A DNA stretch of 64,000 nt from a bacterium. Its GTDB lineage: Bacteria; Patescibacteriota; Microgenomatia; Curtissbacterales; GWA2-41-24. The notes below the pieces were generated by a model, which searched no databases, was not told the DNA's origin, and saw only the letters and a list, made by a program, of their open reading frames with translations. The stretch spans positions 109,193 through 173,192 of the forward strand of contig JAKAJD010000003.1 in assembly GCA_021813945.1 (NCBI GenBank), in the 5' to 3' direction. Below are positions 52,601-61,175 of this stretch, in pieces; position 1 is the first letter of the stretch; each line of letters begins with the position of its first letter. The position numbers and the translations under genes are program-made.

Positions 52601-54032
52601 TTTATATGAGATAAACATCCTTTCTAATGGACCTGAAGGGGAGCAGATAGACAATACTGTAAAAGTTGTTCAAAAGTTTCATAAAAAACATCCTCAGTTT
52701 AGGGTTGTGGTTATAGACAAAGCGTTTCCCAAAGACAAAGCTAGTGTAGGTTTGGCTAGAAAGTATCTGACCGATTTAGCACTGGTTAGATCACTAAGGA
52801 GAAATGGTCAAGCAGCCCCGCTTTATATCCAGTCTGAGGATGCAGACCTTGTCAATGTTGATCCTAAGACTGTTGTTAGACTAATCGATAAATTTGATGC
52901 AGACCCGGCTATTGATGCATTAAGGGGAAAACAGGACAGGAACCCGGATGTTCTAATGAACAACGACTTATTGTTTTTCCAAAGAAGGCTTTGGGATTTT
53001 GGCGAAATTATGCTAAGGAGTAAAAAGTATAGAGAGGGATCCAAGGGTGATTTTACATGGAATAGAGTAGTAACCGGTGGTTGGAATACAGCGTTTTCTG
53101 CAGAAGTTTACGCGCTAATTGGTGGATACAACGAAAATGCCCGTATTGGTGAAGATATGGATATCGGTAATAAGATTTCTCTAATTAGGGGTGATGCGGG
53201 GGAGCCAAATGTAGAGACTATTAAGACAGTTGCTTCAAGAACTGATTCAAGCCCACGAAGGTTTATAAAGGCAATTGCCGAAAGGACAAATCCTTACGAC
53301 AATTTTGATGATCAAACTTTTAAGAAACTTAAAGATGGAGAGTTATTGGCCAGAATAAGAGCATTTGCAAGAATTTCGGAGGAAAATAAAGGGACTTTTG
53401 AGACTTATGCAACTGGTAATTTAGCCTTTTTGGTCTCTGTTCTGAAAGATCAAGATGAAGCGAATAAATTATTTAGGAGAGTAATGGGTTTTGTGGGCTT
53501 CAGAAATGGTGATTTTGAGATTGAGAATGGACATGTGAAGATTTTAAACATAAATAATTTTAAGGCAAGCGTTAATTCATACAGGGAAAAGAAACAAACG
53601 GAATCGATCAGAAAAGTTGTGAGGAAAGTTTGGCGCAGAGGTTCTAGCACAAAGGAAACGAAAAGAGAAAATACTTTAGGTATGTCGAAGGAGAATTTCG
53701 AGGAAGCAGCTAGGTTTGCGGCAACTAAGAGTTCTGCTGAGCAAGAAAAGAGATCGCTTTATGAATGGATGGTACTCCTTAGTGCTGCAAGAGATCTTGG
53801 TGTCGAATCCGAAGACGATGAAGAATTAGATTATTTGTCGGGTTTTCTTCCAAGTAATCGTGCGGTGAAATTAAGCGGAAAAATGGCTGAAAAAATGACA
53901 AAGCATGCGGCAATTGCGGAAATGTCACGAATGAGTCAAGAACCACCCAAAGTGAGCAAGCTTGCAAATATAGGAAAGAAAGTTGTACAATCCGTGCCTG
54001 TTGCTAAAAAGTTGACCGCTAGAACAAGCTAA
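49665..54032 (+). CDS. 1455-aa multidomain protein with GT-A (family 2-like) glycosyltransferase domain
   Basis: VVICIPARMEE, VGLARK, EDAD, GGYN and GED motifs; two Gly-rich hydrophobic segments. Confidence 0.75.
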   Translation: MAIDQERVKNHIISAEVTGDTLRINAVPHIVTESEESRRKNRDVLADRATIAGAAERGFFGRMWYGLTETYQRLRRRDALRELHDNGNDINLGSAALDRAKDQVREMVAQERDEITATAISRNVSNDIGRGDMTHVLDEETAGTERDEEIILWARSIISEYATGQIDQARMQELSENLSCELRDALPDLFAKTTIGSDLVYIAESARDAYVANQERIKNLDLDLQICFGRVDAGMATAEKRDFADKIVDWSQGGRARAVLVNPFTIGATASAVAFGAKAPFKSVPVIGGIAGGAFAAVRRWSKENKDRDLRIREEEIGYEIPEPAQHAGVERVLSGLVGQTDFRKTSYQPRSALEMREEFERLSSADAAEKGTQTWQENALNLLADTSVRLDVSDGTAGLIRYGQRRDANGQVEVSGISTINQDRLALILAARETQRQLVGEIGQNDFDTRYEAVESRILEELEGCIKKADSNFHKSRALMSFRSGLFGAGVGITGGFAIHEVGEGIEHVSRRVADVFHQAHEQRVVTDQKDVSLGHGNVINADATAAGHQGLQVDVASGVNAHFDAAKHTLSVDVPANGADAAKHFDIAYQPGMNADEIHAALVKAGLDGKVDILHSAGVPHLSTEDILRQDYLAQHHLVDVTNQPHGIDFGHAQFLGDKHEYNELTLYQQDATHWSMGPHGLDGSALKPFVYKNEPAWPDPSIAANAPVNPDSLVAFYQITDSHGQLHTILAPQNGGHFTLPQEFVDPATGKVDGVSIIGYGMVKDAHGKLIDGNQVIAHPELMNGATLHSMASVPLEQKGHMISQNLSTVKISDLTAHVTGQHTETVEASNKFVFDIPPIATPFAPRLFPNIAEPPVPPEPPYYAPGEGYQKWIESRDLNRTKYIKSDSGIWVDPEGNPVVRDVARERQEVSDYLSSQEDSYREELNSVADSLPEMSDEARVVICIPARMEEKNIKRLLDMYTRQVGQDGLPLDPSLYEINILSNGPEGEQIDNTVKVVQKFHKKHPQFRVVVIDKAFPKDKASVGLARKYLTDLALVRSLRRNGQAAPLYIQSEDADLVNVDPKTVVRLIDKFDADPAIDALRGKQDRNPDVLMNNDLLFFQRRLWDFGEIMLRSKKYREGSKGDFTWNRVVTGGWNTAFSAEVYALIGGYNENARIGEDMDIGNKISLIRGDAGEPNVETIKTVASRTDSSPRRFIKAIAERTNPYDNFDDQTFKKLKDGELLARIRAFARISEENKGTFETYATGNLAFLVSVLKDQDEANKLFRRVMGFVGFRNGDFEIENGHVKILNINNFKASVNSYREKKQTESIRKVVRKVWRRGSSTKETKRENTLGMSKENFEEAARFAATKSSAEQEKRSLYEWMVLLSAARDLGVESEDDEELDYLSGFLPSNRAVKLSGKMAEKMTKHAAIAEMSRMSQEPPKVSKLANIGKKVVQSVPVAKKLTARTS

Positions 54033-54051
54033 AATTCGACAGAAGATTAAT

Positions 54052-54669
54052 ATGGCTATTTATAAAAAATCAAAAAAGGAACCAGATATGCTCAATTTAG
54101 TTAAATTTGGCTGGAAGGCCGGATCAACTATAGTTGTTGCCATCCTGGTTTTTGGGAGCGTTATATTCCTACTTTCTAAAAACGCTTCTGCTTCGGAAAC
54201 TGTAACCCAAACCCGAACACAAACGCAGACCCAAACACAAGAGTCTTGTGACAGCGACAATGATAACGGTACTGACCCAAGCGATGATGTTTGTCCGACA
54301 CCAACACCAACACCGTCAGCAACACCGAGTCCTACTCCTACTCCTACTCCTACCCCAACTCCGACGCCAAGTCCAAATGTAGGTGGACAAAGCCAGAGCC
54401 AAAACCAAACACAGAACAATAATCAAACCGTTAATGTGACTGTTGTTAACCCAACTCCTACACCAAGAGGCGCAACCCAGACTTCAACTGTCAAAAAATC
54501 ACCTGAAACTGGTCCATCAGTACTTTCGATGGTAACGATGTTTGGCATTTTGCCTTTGGGGTTTTTGCTTGCAAGATACCAACTGGGAAAGCGAAGAATA
54601 GTGCCGGAGGAAATTAGTCTTTCAACATTTGGAAACCGATTGGTCGGAAAGAGGTCAAAGAGGGCGTAA
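54052..54669 (+). CDS. secreted Pro/Thr/Gln-rich surface protein with SPETG-TM anchor
   Basis: N-terminal TM, TQ and PT repeats, SPETG followed by hydrophobic and basic tail. Confidence 0.7.
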   Translation: MAIYKKSKKEPDMLNLVKFGWKAGSTIVVAILVFGSVIFLLSKNASASETVTQTRTQTQTQTQESCDSDNDNGTDPSDDVCPTPTPTPSATPSPTPTPTPTPTPTPSPNVGGQSQSQNQTQNNNQTVNVTVVNPTPTPRGATQTSTVKKSPETGPSVLSMVTMFGILPLGFLLARYQLGKRRIVPEEISLSTFGNRLVGKRSKRA

Positions 54670-54804
54670 GAAGGAGCCTTCCCCCAAGTAACGGGGCGAG
54701 GAGGCGCAAGGGGCGTATGAGTTACATACGACCTTTTAATGGGAGCATGTGTAGGGCAGGCATGTGCTCCCTTTAAAGGGGTTTACCGGATAAGATAACT
54801 GTTA

Positions 54805-54833
54805 TTGACAAAAGGTTTTTTTGAGGATAGAAT
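54805..54833 (+). promoter_or_regulatory. rho promoter
   Basis: TTGACA-17 nt-TAGAAT. Confidence 0.7.
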
Positions 54834-54902
54834 CGTTTTGGCTCCTGATGTAAGTTCCCAAAACAAGTGAGGGAAAGTTTTTCGAAAATAGTATTGTAAT
54901 TT

Positions 54903-56228
54903 ATGCCAACTAAAGTTTCTGTGAAAGTTAAAAGCAAGGACGATGCACCAGCTATTGGTGAGGTACAGCCAGTGGAGGAGACGATGACAAGTTCGGTTAT
55001 TGATTTAAGATCCAAACCATATTCGCGACCAGACAATGGACAAGACGATCCAAGGCGAGGTAGGTCTTATCAAAATTATGACGACAGAGATGAAGAATAC
55101 CAAGGCGGACGCGATGTCCCAAGCATGGAAGTTAAAGGAATTTTGGACATTATGGGAGACGGCCATGGATTTTTAAGGCCAAAGTTTAGGCCTTCGGACG
55201 AGGACGTCTATATTTCCGCATCGCAAATCCGCAAATTTATGCTGAGGCCTGGTGATGATGTCATTGGTCTTGGCAGGCCTCCCAAGGAAAGCGAAAGATA
55301 CTACGGACTTTTAAAGGTTGTTAATGTTAATGGGGTAGATGCCGAAAAGCAGGAAAAAAGGCCAAAATTTGAACAGCTGACCCCAATTTATCCTAATGAA
55401 AGATTAAAGCTGGAAACAGGCAAAACGCCGCTTTCAACCAGAATGATCGATATTATTGCCCCGATCGGTAAAGGTCAACGAGGAATGGTAGTTTCGCCGC
55501 CAAAAGCAGGAAAAACTACGGTTTTAAAAGACATTGCCAGGGGAATTTCCGATAACTTTCCAAAAGTGCATTTGATGGCAGCTTTAATTGGCGAGCGGCC
55601 GGAAGAGGTTACGGATATTTCCAGATCGGTAAAAGGTGAGGTTATTGCTTCCAACTTTGACGAGCCGGCCGAATACCAAACAAGGGTTGCCGAGATTGCT
55701 TTGGAGCGAGCTAAAAGACTGGTTGAGAGAGGGCAGGATGTTGTCATTCTTTTGGATTCAATTACCAGGTTAGCAAGGGCTTACAATTTGTCAGTTCCGC
55801 CATCAGGGCGAACTTTAACCGGAGGTTTTGACCCGGCAGCATTGTATCCGCCAAAGCGCTTTTTCGGTGCAGCCAGAAATTGCGAAGAAGGCGGATCATT
55901 AACAATAATCGGCACAGCTCTTATCGACACAGGTTCCAGAATGGACGATTTGATTTATGAAGAGTTTAAAGGGACGGGCAATATGGAGTTGCACTTGGAC
56001 AGAAAACTGGCCGAACGCAGAATTTATCCATCTATCGATGTTGAAAGATCTTCTACAAGACAAGAGCAACTGCTTTTTTCGGAAACAGACTACAAGAAGG
56101 TTGTTACCATGAGAAGGATGATTTCGGTTCTAAACCCGGACGAGCGAACAGAGATTTTAATAGACAGGCTTTCCAAAACTGCTTCCAATGCCGAATTTTT
56201 GGATGGGTTGGCAAAAGATATCAAGTAA
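54903..56228 (+). CDS. rho: transcription termination factor Rho
   Basis: GHGFLR, PPKAGKT, LLDSITRLARAYN and EEFKGTGN motifs. Confidence 0.97.
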   Translation: MPTKVSVKVKSKDDAPAIGEVQPVEETMTSSVIDLRSKPYSRPDNGQDDPRRGRSYQNYDDRDEEYQGGRDVPSMEVKGILDIMGDGHGFLRPKFRPSDEDVYISASQIRKFMLRPGDDVIGLGRPPKESERYYGLLKVVNVNGVDAEKQEKRPKFEQLTPIYPNERLKLETGKTPLSTRMIDIIAPIGKGQRGMVVSPPKAGKTTVLKDIARGISDNFPKVHLMAALIGERPEEVTDISRSVKGEVIASNFDEPAEYQTRVAEIALERAKRLVERGQDVVILLDSITRLARAYNLSVPPSGRTLTGGFDPAALYPPKRFFGAARNCEEGGSLTIIGTALIDTGSRMDDLIYEEFKGTGNMELHLDRKLAERRIYPSIDVERSSTRQEQLLFSETDYKKVVTMRRMISVLNPDERTEILIDRLSKTASNAEFLDGLAKDIK

Positions 56229-56249
56229 CGTTTCCACTTAAACTATCGC

Positions 56250-56380
56250 TATCTCAAGGTCAGGTCTTCTGCCTTGTGTCAGCAAATGTTAAGGCCTGAC
56301 CTTTGTAAAAAGGTTGACGTACCTCCAGGCGGTTAAGGCCAGGCCTTAACCAAGATTCGCCCAGGCAAAGGCCTGGCCTT
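56250..56380. repeat. two REP doublets, family A
   Basis: 13-mers at 56256/56291 and 56335/56368 forming inverted pairs. Confidence 0.8.
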
Positions 56381-56446
56381 TTTGCTGCTTTCGGTTTTGA
56401 AAATCGCACTTTTTCTGGTAGTATGTGATGTTGGAGCCGACTGCAA

Positions 56447-57559
56447 ATGGACCAACGCCCCTTAATCTCTGAGTTTTTTTCTTTTATACGAGACCTGTTT
56501 TTTTATATTACCCACAGGCTTCATAAGACTGGTCTAAATTTCGAAAAGGTCAAAAATTTTGTAGTGGATATGCTCATGGTAAGACGAGGGGCCAACACTT
56601 CGCTTTTTGTGCACTTTTCAATTTTAGGTTTGGCGGCAGTTGTTCTTATCGGAGGAGGCGTATTTTCTTCAAGCTCTGTAGTTTCAGGTTCTTACCCGGG
56701 AGTTGCGGTAAACCCGCTGGTTGCCTCGTCTTCCGAGGAAGCAACTGCTCAAGGTGTAATCACCTCGACTATTACGCCAGTTACGATAGTTTCCGATAAG
56801 CCCAGAGACAAGATAATTGACTACGAAGTAAAAAGCGGGGACACGATTGCATCTATTGCCCGGGACTGGGGTGTTTCGCAGGAAACCATTATGTGGGCTA
56901 ATGACTTTTCTTCTAACAGCCGTCTGACGATTGGCCAAAAGGTTAAAATACTGCCGGTTTCCGGAGTTTCGCATACGGTAGTTTCCGGAGATACAATTTA
57001 TACGATAGCCACAAAATACCGCGCCAGTGCACAAGCTATTATTGATTTCCCATTTAATGATATCGGTGACGATTTCCAGCTCCATGCGGGTGATGTTTTA
57101 ATTGTTCCCGACGGTGCTCCACCGGCACAGGCTAAGCCGGCGCCAACTCAATATATCGCTCCTGACCAGCTTAATATTCCAATTGAGCAGCTGGGGAGTG
57201 CTCAGTTTATCTGGCCTGCGGCTGGAACGATTACACAGTACTTTTCCTGGTACCATCCGGGAGTTGATATTGCCAATTTGGCGGGAGGGGCTATTCGGGC
57301 TTCCGATTCTGGAACGATAGTTCATGCCGGCTGGGATTCTTCCGGTTACGGGAATATGATACTAATTGATCATGGCAACGGTTTTGAAACCAGGTACGGT
57401 CATCTTTCCGTAATTTATGTGTCGGTAGGGCAAAAAGTCGGAAAAGGTGATGTTTTGGGAATGATGGGTTCTACCGGAAGGTCAACAGGGACACATTTGC
57501 ACTTCGAGATTTACAAAGGCGGAGCAAGGTATAATCCGTTGTCGTTTTTGGGGAAATAA
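56447..57559 (+). CDS. LysM x2 + M23 metallopeptidase
   Basis: two LysM repeats; HPGVD, YGHL, GSTGRSTG and HLHFE motifs. Confidence 0.92.
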   Translation: MDQRPLISEFFSFIRDLFFYITHRLHKTGLNFEKVKNFVVDMLMVRRGANTSLFVHFSILGLAAVVLIGGGVFSSSSVVSGSYPGVAVNPLVASSSEEATAQGVITSTITPVTIVSDKPRDKIIDYEVKSGDTIASIARDWGVSQETIMWANDFSSNSRLTIGQKVKILPVSGVSHTVVSGDTIYTIATKYRASAQAIIDFPFNDIGDDFQLHAGDVLIVPDGAPPAQAKPAPTQYIAPDQLNIPIEQLGSAQFIWPAAGTITQYFSWYHPGVDIANLAGGAIRASDSGTIVHAGWDSSGYGNMILIDHGNGFETRYGHLSVIYVSVGQKVGKGDVLGMMGSTGRSTGTHLHFEIYKGGARYNPLSFLGK

Positions 57560-57595
57560 ACTACCGCTTTAGGTGTTATCAAATTAACAAGTTAT

Positions 57596-57700
57596 TATCT
57601 CAAGGTCAGATCTGTGTAAATCGGTACAGTTTTAGAATCAGGCATTGGGGGTTAAGGGCAGGCCTTAACCTGGGAAATTGCGGAACAAAGGCCTGCCCTT
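57596..57700. repeat. REP array, family A
   Basis: TATCTCAAGGTCAG, then AAGGGCAGGCCTT 57654 / AAGGCCTGCCCTT 57688. Confidence 0.8.
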
Positions 57701-57748
57701 TACTAAGATCTAGAATCTTTTGACCGACATCTACTATACTTTCTTTTA

Positions 57749-59875
57749 ATGAGAAAATACCTGCCGGTTATTCTGGGCGTTTTTTCTTTTCTGCTGCCGC
57801 TTGGACTTTACTTAAAAACGCTTTCGCCAACTTATATTCCGGTTGATTCGGCCGAGTTTACACTTTGTATTAAATTCTGGGGCCTTTGCCATCCGCCGGG
57901 GTTTCCATTTTATATTTTCTTGGGGCATATTTTAACTTCAGTTTTTACCTTTGGAAGCCTTATTTTTAGAGTTAATTTTCTTTCAGCTTTGTATGCGGCC
58001 ATGACAATTTTAGTTGTATATATGACCCTTCTTCGTGTCGGCGTGAAAGGACCTTTGGCGTTTTTGGTTTCAATGATTTTGACGGTTTCAGCAGCTTTTT
58101 GGGAATATTCAATTTCTGCAGATGTCTTTTCGTTTGCAACTTTGCTTTTAGCACTAACTTTCCTTTTTACGTTTTGGGAGAAGCCGATACTTGCCTTTTT
58201 GGCTTTGGGATTTTCGGCTTCCCATTTTTACATTACGGTAATTTTAGTGCCGATTCTGATTTGGTATTTTAGGAAAAAAGGGGATAAGGGAGACGGAGGA
58301 AACAAAATTTGGAATTTTAGCTGGAAGGGAATTAAATTTGGAGATCTGGTAATTTGGGGAATTTTTTTCAGCTTAGGTTTTGTAGGCCAGATTCTCATGA
58401 TAGCCCGCATGCAGCAGGACCCGGTTATCAATTGGGGCCACGCCAAGGGAATAAGCGGCATCATTTACTATCTGAGGCGCAAGGAATTCGGATCGATTTT
58501 TCTGATTAAAAACCCGGTTTTAACCTTTTCGGTTATTAAATACGCTAAGCACATTTACGTTTATCTTCTAGATATTGTGGTGGGATTCGGTGTAGTCTTG
58601 CCTATTTTAGTGCCACTGGGGCTTGCTAAAGAAGGTTTGTGGCGAGAAAAGAAGGTAATTTTTCTGATCTTAAGCTGGCTTTTTGTGATTTTAGTGCAGC
58701 TTTTCTTGCTATCGACCATTGATCCGCTGGGAGCGGATAACCCTTTTCAGATAACTAAGTTTTATTTAGTTTCTTATGTGCCGCTGGTTATTTTAGTAGG
58801 AATGGCTACGCAAAAGTTTGTAGATTGGTTTTTTGAAGGAGATGGTACGTATGTCAATTTGCTTTTGGGGGCGGTGGTCGTTGTTTACCTTCTTTCCAGC
58901 TTTAAATCGCATAATTTGAGCAAAAACTACTTCTCAGAGAAAATGGTTGAAGATGCTATGGATCAGTTGCCGAATGGGTCTGTTGGCATAACAGTTTCCC
59001 ATGTTTTTTACTTCGGAGGACTTTATGAGCAGAAAATTAACGGAAAATATGGCGGGGTGACGCTACTTTATTTCCCGAACGAATATAACCGCGATAACGA
59101 GGGATATCACCCTGATCTTTTTTCCGGAAAGGTGGATGAAGCATTTATTGCCAAGGTTCGGGGAGCAAATCAGCTGGGAAATGCGGAAAACTATATTCTT
59201 GAAACAATCTCCAAAAATCCGGGACGGGACATTTATATTTTGCAAGGAACGTTTGAAGAAGGATTTTTTAAATATCTGGATCCGTATAAAGTACCTTACG
59301 GCTTGTGGTGGAGGGTTGCTAGAAATCCGGCTGAAAAACCGGATTTGGAGAAAATTTTTGGCCTACTTTCGGGACTTAGAAACGACGGCGTCAAATACAG
59401 CGATTTTGCTTTTAAACAGCAAAAGATGGACACGATGCTTTATGCCGTTTCTTATAATTCGACCGGAGTTTTGGCGGCAAAGTATGGGCAATGGGATAGG
59501 GCAGTCGCGTTTCTTGAAAAAAGCGATGCAGTGCAACCGGGGAATGCCAATGTTAAAGCAGAAATGGAGCTTGTTAAAAAGGTGAAGGATTTATGGGGGC
59601 GGGAAGGGGATCTTTTAGGGGCTAAAGATGTTTCGACGTTGTCTGATTTGGGAAACGGACTTTTTAATTTGGGAAATTACGAAGGGTGTGTAAAGGTTTA
59701 TGCGGACGTTTTAAAAATTGAGCAAAAGGCTCCCGATTACAATAACTTGGCTTCGTGTCTTGCTTCGTCCGGGAATCTTGCTGAAGCAAAAGCGAATTAC
59801 GAAAAAGCGTTGGCTTTGGATCCAAATCTGGATATGGCAAAACAAGGTTTGGCGAAGGTGAATGAGCAAAGATAA
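57749..59875 (+). CDS. DUF2723 (TMEM260-like) membrane glycosyltransferase candidate with TPR
   Basis: DSAEF and HPPGFPFY motifs, many TMs, C-terminal TPRs. Confidence 0.8.
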   Translation: MRKYLPVILGVFSFLLPLGLYLKTLSPTYIPVDSAEFTLCIKFWGLCHPPGFPFYIFLGHILTSVFTFGSLIFRVNFLSALYAAMTILVVYMTLLRVGVKGPLAFLVSMILTVSAAFWEYSISADVFSFATLLLALTFLFTFWEKPILAFLALGFSASHFYITVILVPILIWYFRKKGDKGDGGNKIWNFSWKGIKFGDLVIWGIFFSLGFVGQILMIARMQQDPVINWGHAKGISGIIYYLRRKEFGSIFLIKNPVLTFSVIKYAKHIYVYLLDIVVGFGVVLPILVPLGLAKEGLWREKKVIFLILSWLFVILVQLFLLSTIDPLGADNPFQITKFYLVSYVPLVILVGMATQKFVDWFFEGDGTYVNLLLGAVVVVYLLSSFKSHNLSKNYFSEKMVEDAMDQLPNGSVGITVSHVFYFGGLYEQKINGKYGGVTLLYFPNEYNRDNEGYHPDLFSGKVDEAFIAKVRGANQLGNAENYILETISKNPGRDIYILQGTFEEGFFKYLDPYKVPYGLWWRVARNPAEKPDLEKIFGLLSGLRNDGVKYSDFAFKQQKMDTMLYAVSYNSTGVLAAKYGQWDRAVAFLEKSDAVQPGNANVKAEMELVKKVKDLWGREGDLLGAKDVSTLSDLGNGLFNLGNYEGCVKVYADVLKIEQKAPDYNNLASCLASSGNLAEAKANYEKALALDPNLDMAKQGLAKVNEQR

Positions 59876-60088
59876 AGGGCAGGCACAGATTTCCAATGCC
59901 GCTCCTCGGATTAAGAATCTTCGGTATTGATATAATTTGTACATGCGGTTTTTGGAATTCATTGCCTCAGTTTTTTTACCGCCTTACCATGTAAAATGGT
60001 TTCTTTTAATACTTTTTTTGTTCCTCTTTGCTTATTTTGGCCCTCCTTTAATAAATTTCCTTTTCGATAACACTGATATAATTTCTCC

Positions 60089-61069
60089 ATGATCGATTAC
60101 GCAAAAATATCTATTAAGGCCGGTTACGGTGGAGCAGGGTCTGGTTCTTTTGAACATATTAAGGGCAAGCGAAGAGGAAAAGCTGATGGTGGAGACGGTG
60201 GCCGAGGTGGGAACGTTTATTTTGAAGCCACAGGTGATTTGAACACTCTGGAGCCATTCAGGTTTGAAAAAAACTACCAAGCCGAGGCAGGTGGCAATGG
60301 TCTTTCTAAGCGGCGTAAGGGGGCGGAAGGAAAGGATCTTGTTATACGGGTGCCACTTGGAACCCAGGCGTCGAGCCAATCCCAAACTTATGACTTAGTG
60401 CAGCTTGGAGAAAAGGTGCTTATTGCTCGAGGTGGACAGGGAGGCCGGGGAAATTGCCACTTAAGAGATGAGTATGGTAGAAGACCTTTTCGAGGGGAAG
60501 TTGGTGAAGCTGGAGAAGAAATTGAGATAGTTTTGGAGCTTAAACTTATTGCGCAAGTAGGCCTTATCGGACTTCCGAATGCTGGAAAATCGACACTACT
60601 TTCAAAGTTAACTTCGGCAAAACCCAAAATTGCCGATTATCCTTTCACAACTCTCGAGCCGAATATAGGGGTAATCGACAATTTAAAATTTAAAATTTCA
60701 ACTTTAAAATTAGTAGTTGCCGACATTCCCGGACTTATTGAAGGGGCAAGTGAGGGCAAGGGGCTAGGAGATTTGTTTTTGAGGCATATTGAAAGGACCA
60801 GGGTTTTAGTGCATTTGGTTGATGCCACGGGTAGCGATGCGTTTGGAAGTTACCAGACAATCCGGCAAGAACTAAAGGCATACTCCAAAGAACTTGCCAA
60901 AAAGCGGGAAATTGTCGCAGTTAACAAAATTGATCTTGCCGAAACTCAGGTTATTGACCGGATAAAAGGGGAATTTAGCGCCAAGAGAAAAAAGGTTTAT
61001 TTGATATCGGCGGAGACAGGTGAAGGTGTTGACGAGTTGGTACGAGGGATTCTGAAGAGTTTAGGTTAA
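60089..61069 (+). CDS. obgE: GTPase ObgE
   Basis: GGDGGRGG, GLPNAGKST, YPFTT, DIPG, NKID and SAxTG motifs. Confidence 0.96.
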   Translation: MIDYAKISIKAGYGGAGSGSFEHIKGKRRGKADGGDGGRGGNVYFEATGDLNTLEPFRFEKNYQAEAGGNGLSKRRKGAEGKDLVIRVPLGTQASSQSQTYDLVQLGEKVLIARGGQGGRGNCHLRDEYGRRPFRGEVGEAGEEIEIVLELKLIAQVGLIGLPNAGKSTLLSKLTSAKPKIADYPFTTLEPNIGVIDNLKFKISTLKLVVADIPGLIEGASEGKGLGDLFLRHIERTRVLVHLVDATGSDAFGSYQTIRQELKAYSKELAKKREIVAVNKIDLAETQVIDRIKGEFSAKRKKVYLISAETGEGVDELVRGILKSLG

Positions 61070-61087
61070 GGGCAGAAAGCTTGGGCT

Positions 61088-61133
61088 AAGGCCAGGCCTT
61101 AGCAGAGGATTTACCAGGTTAAAGCCTGGCCTT
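61088..61133. repeat. REP doublet, family A
   Basis: AAGGCCAGGCCTT / AAAGCCTGGCCTT with a 20-nt spacer. Confidence 0.75.
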
Positions 61134-61175
61134 TTACCACGTAGTTATCTATCGTCTATTGTCTAAAATCTAAAT

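Noticed and set aside
54060-54419. Minus-strand GV-repeat ORF
   Set aside because: Antisense reading of the PT/TQ repeats of the plus-strand gene
56250-57700. CRISPR array
   Set aside because: The repeats are 13-nt inverted pairs, not regularly spaced direct repeats, and no cas genes are present
59881-60060. Minus-strand AGGAGG followed by a broken reading frame
   Set aside because: No valid start codon and early stops; at most a gene remnant that I cannot support
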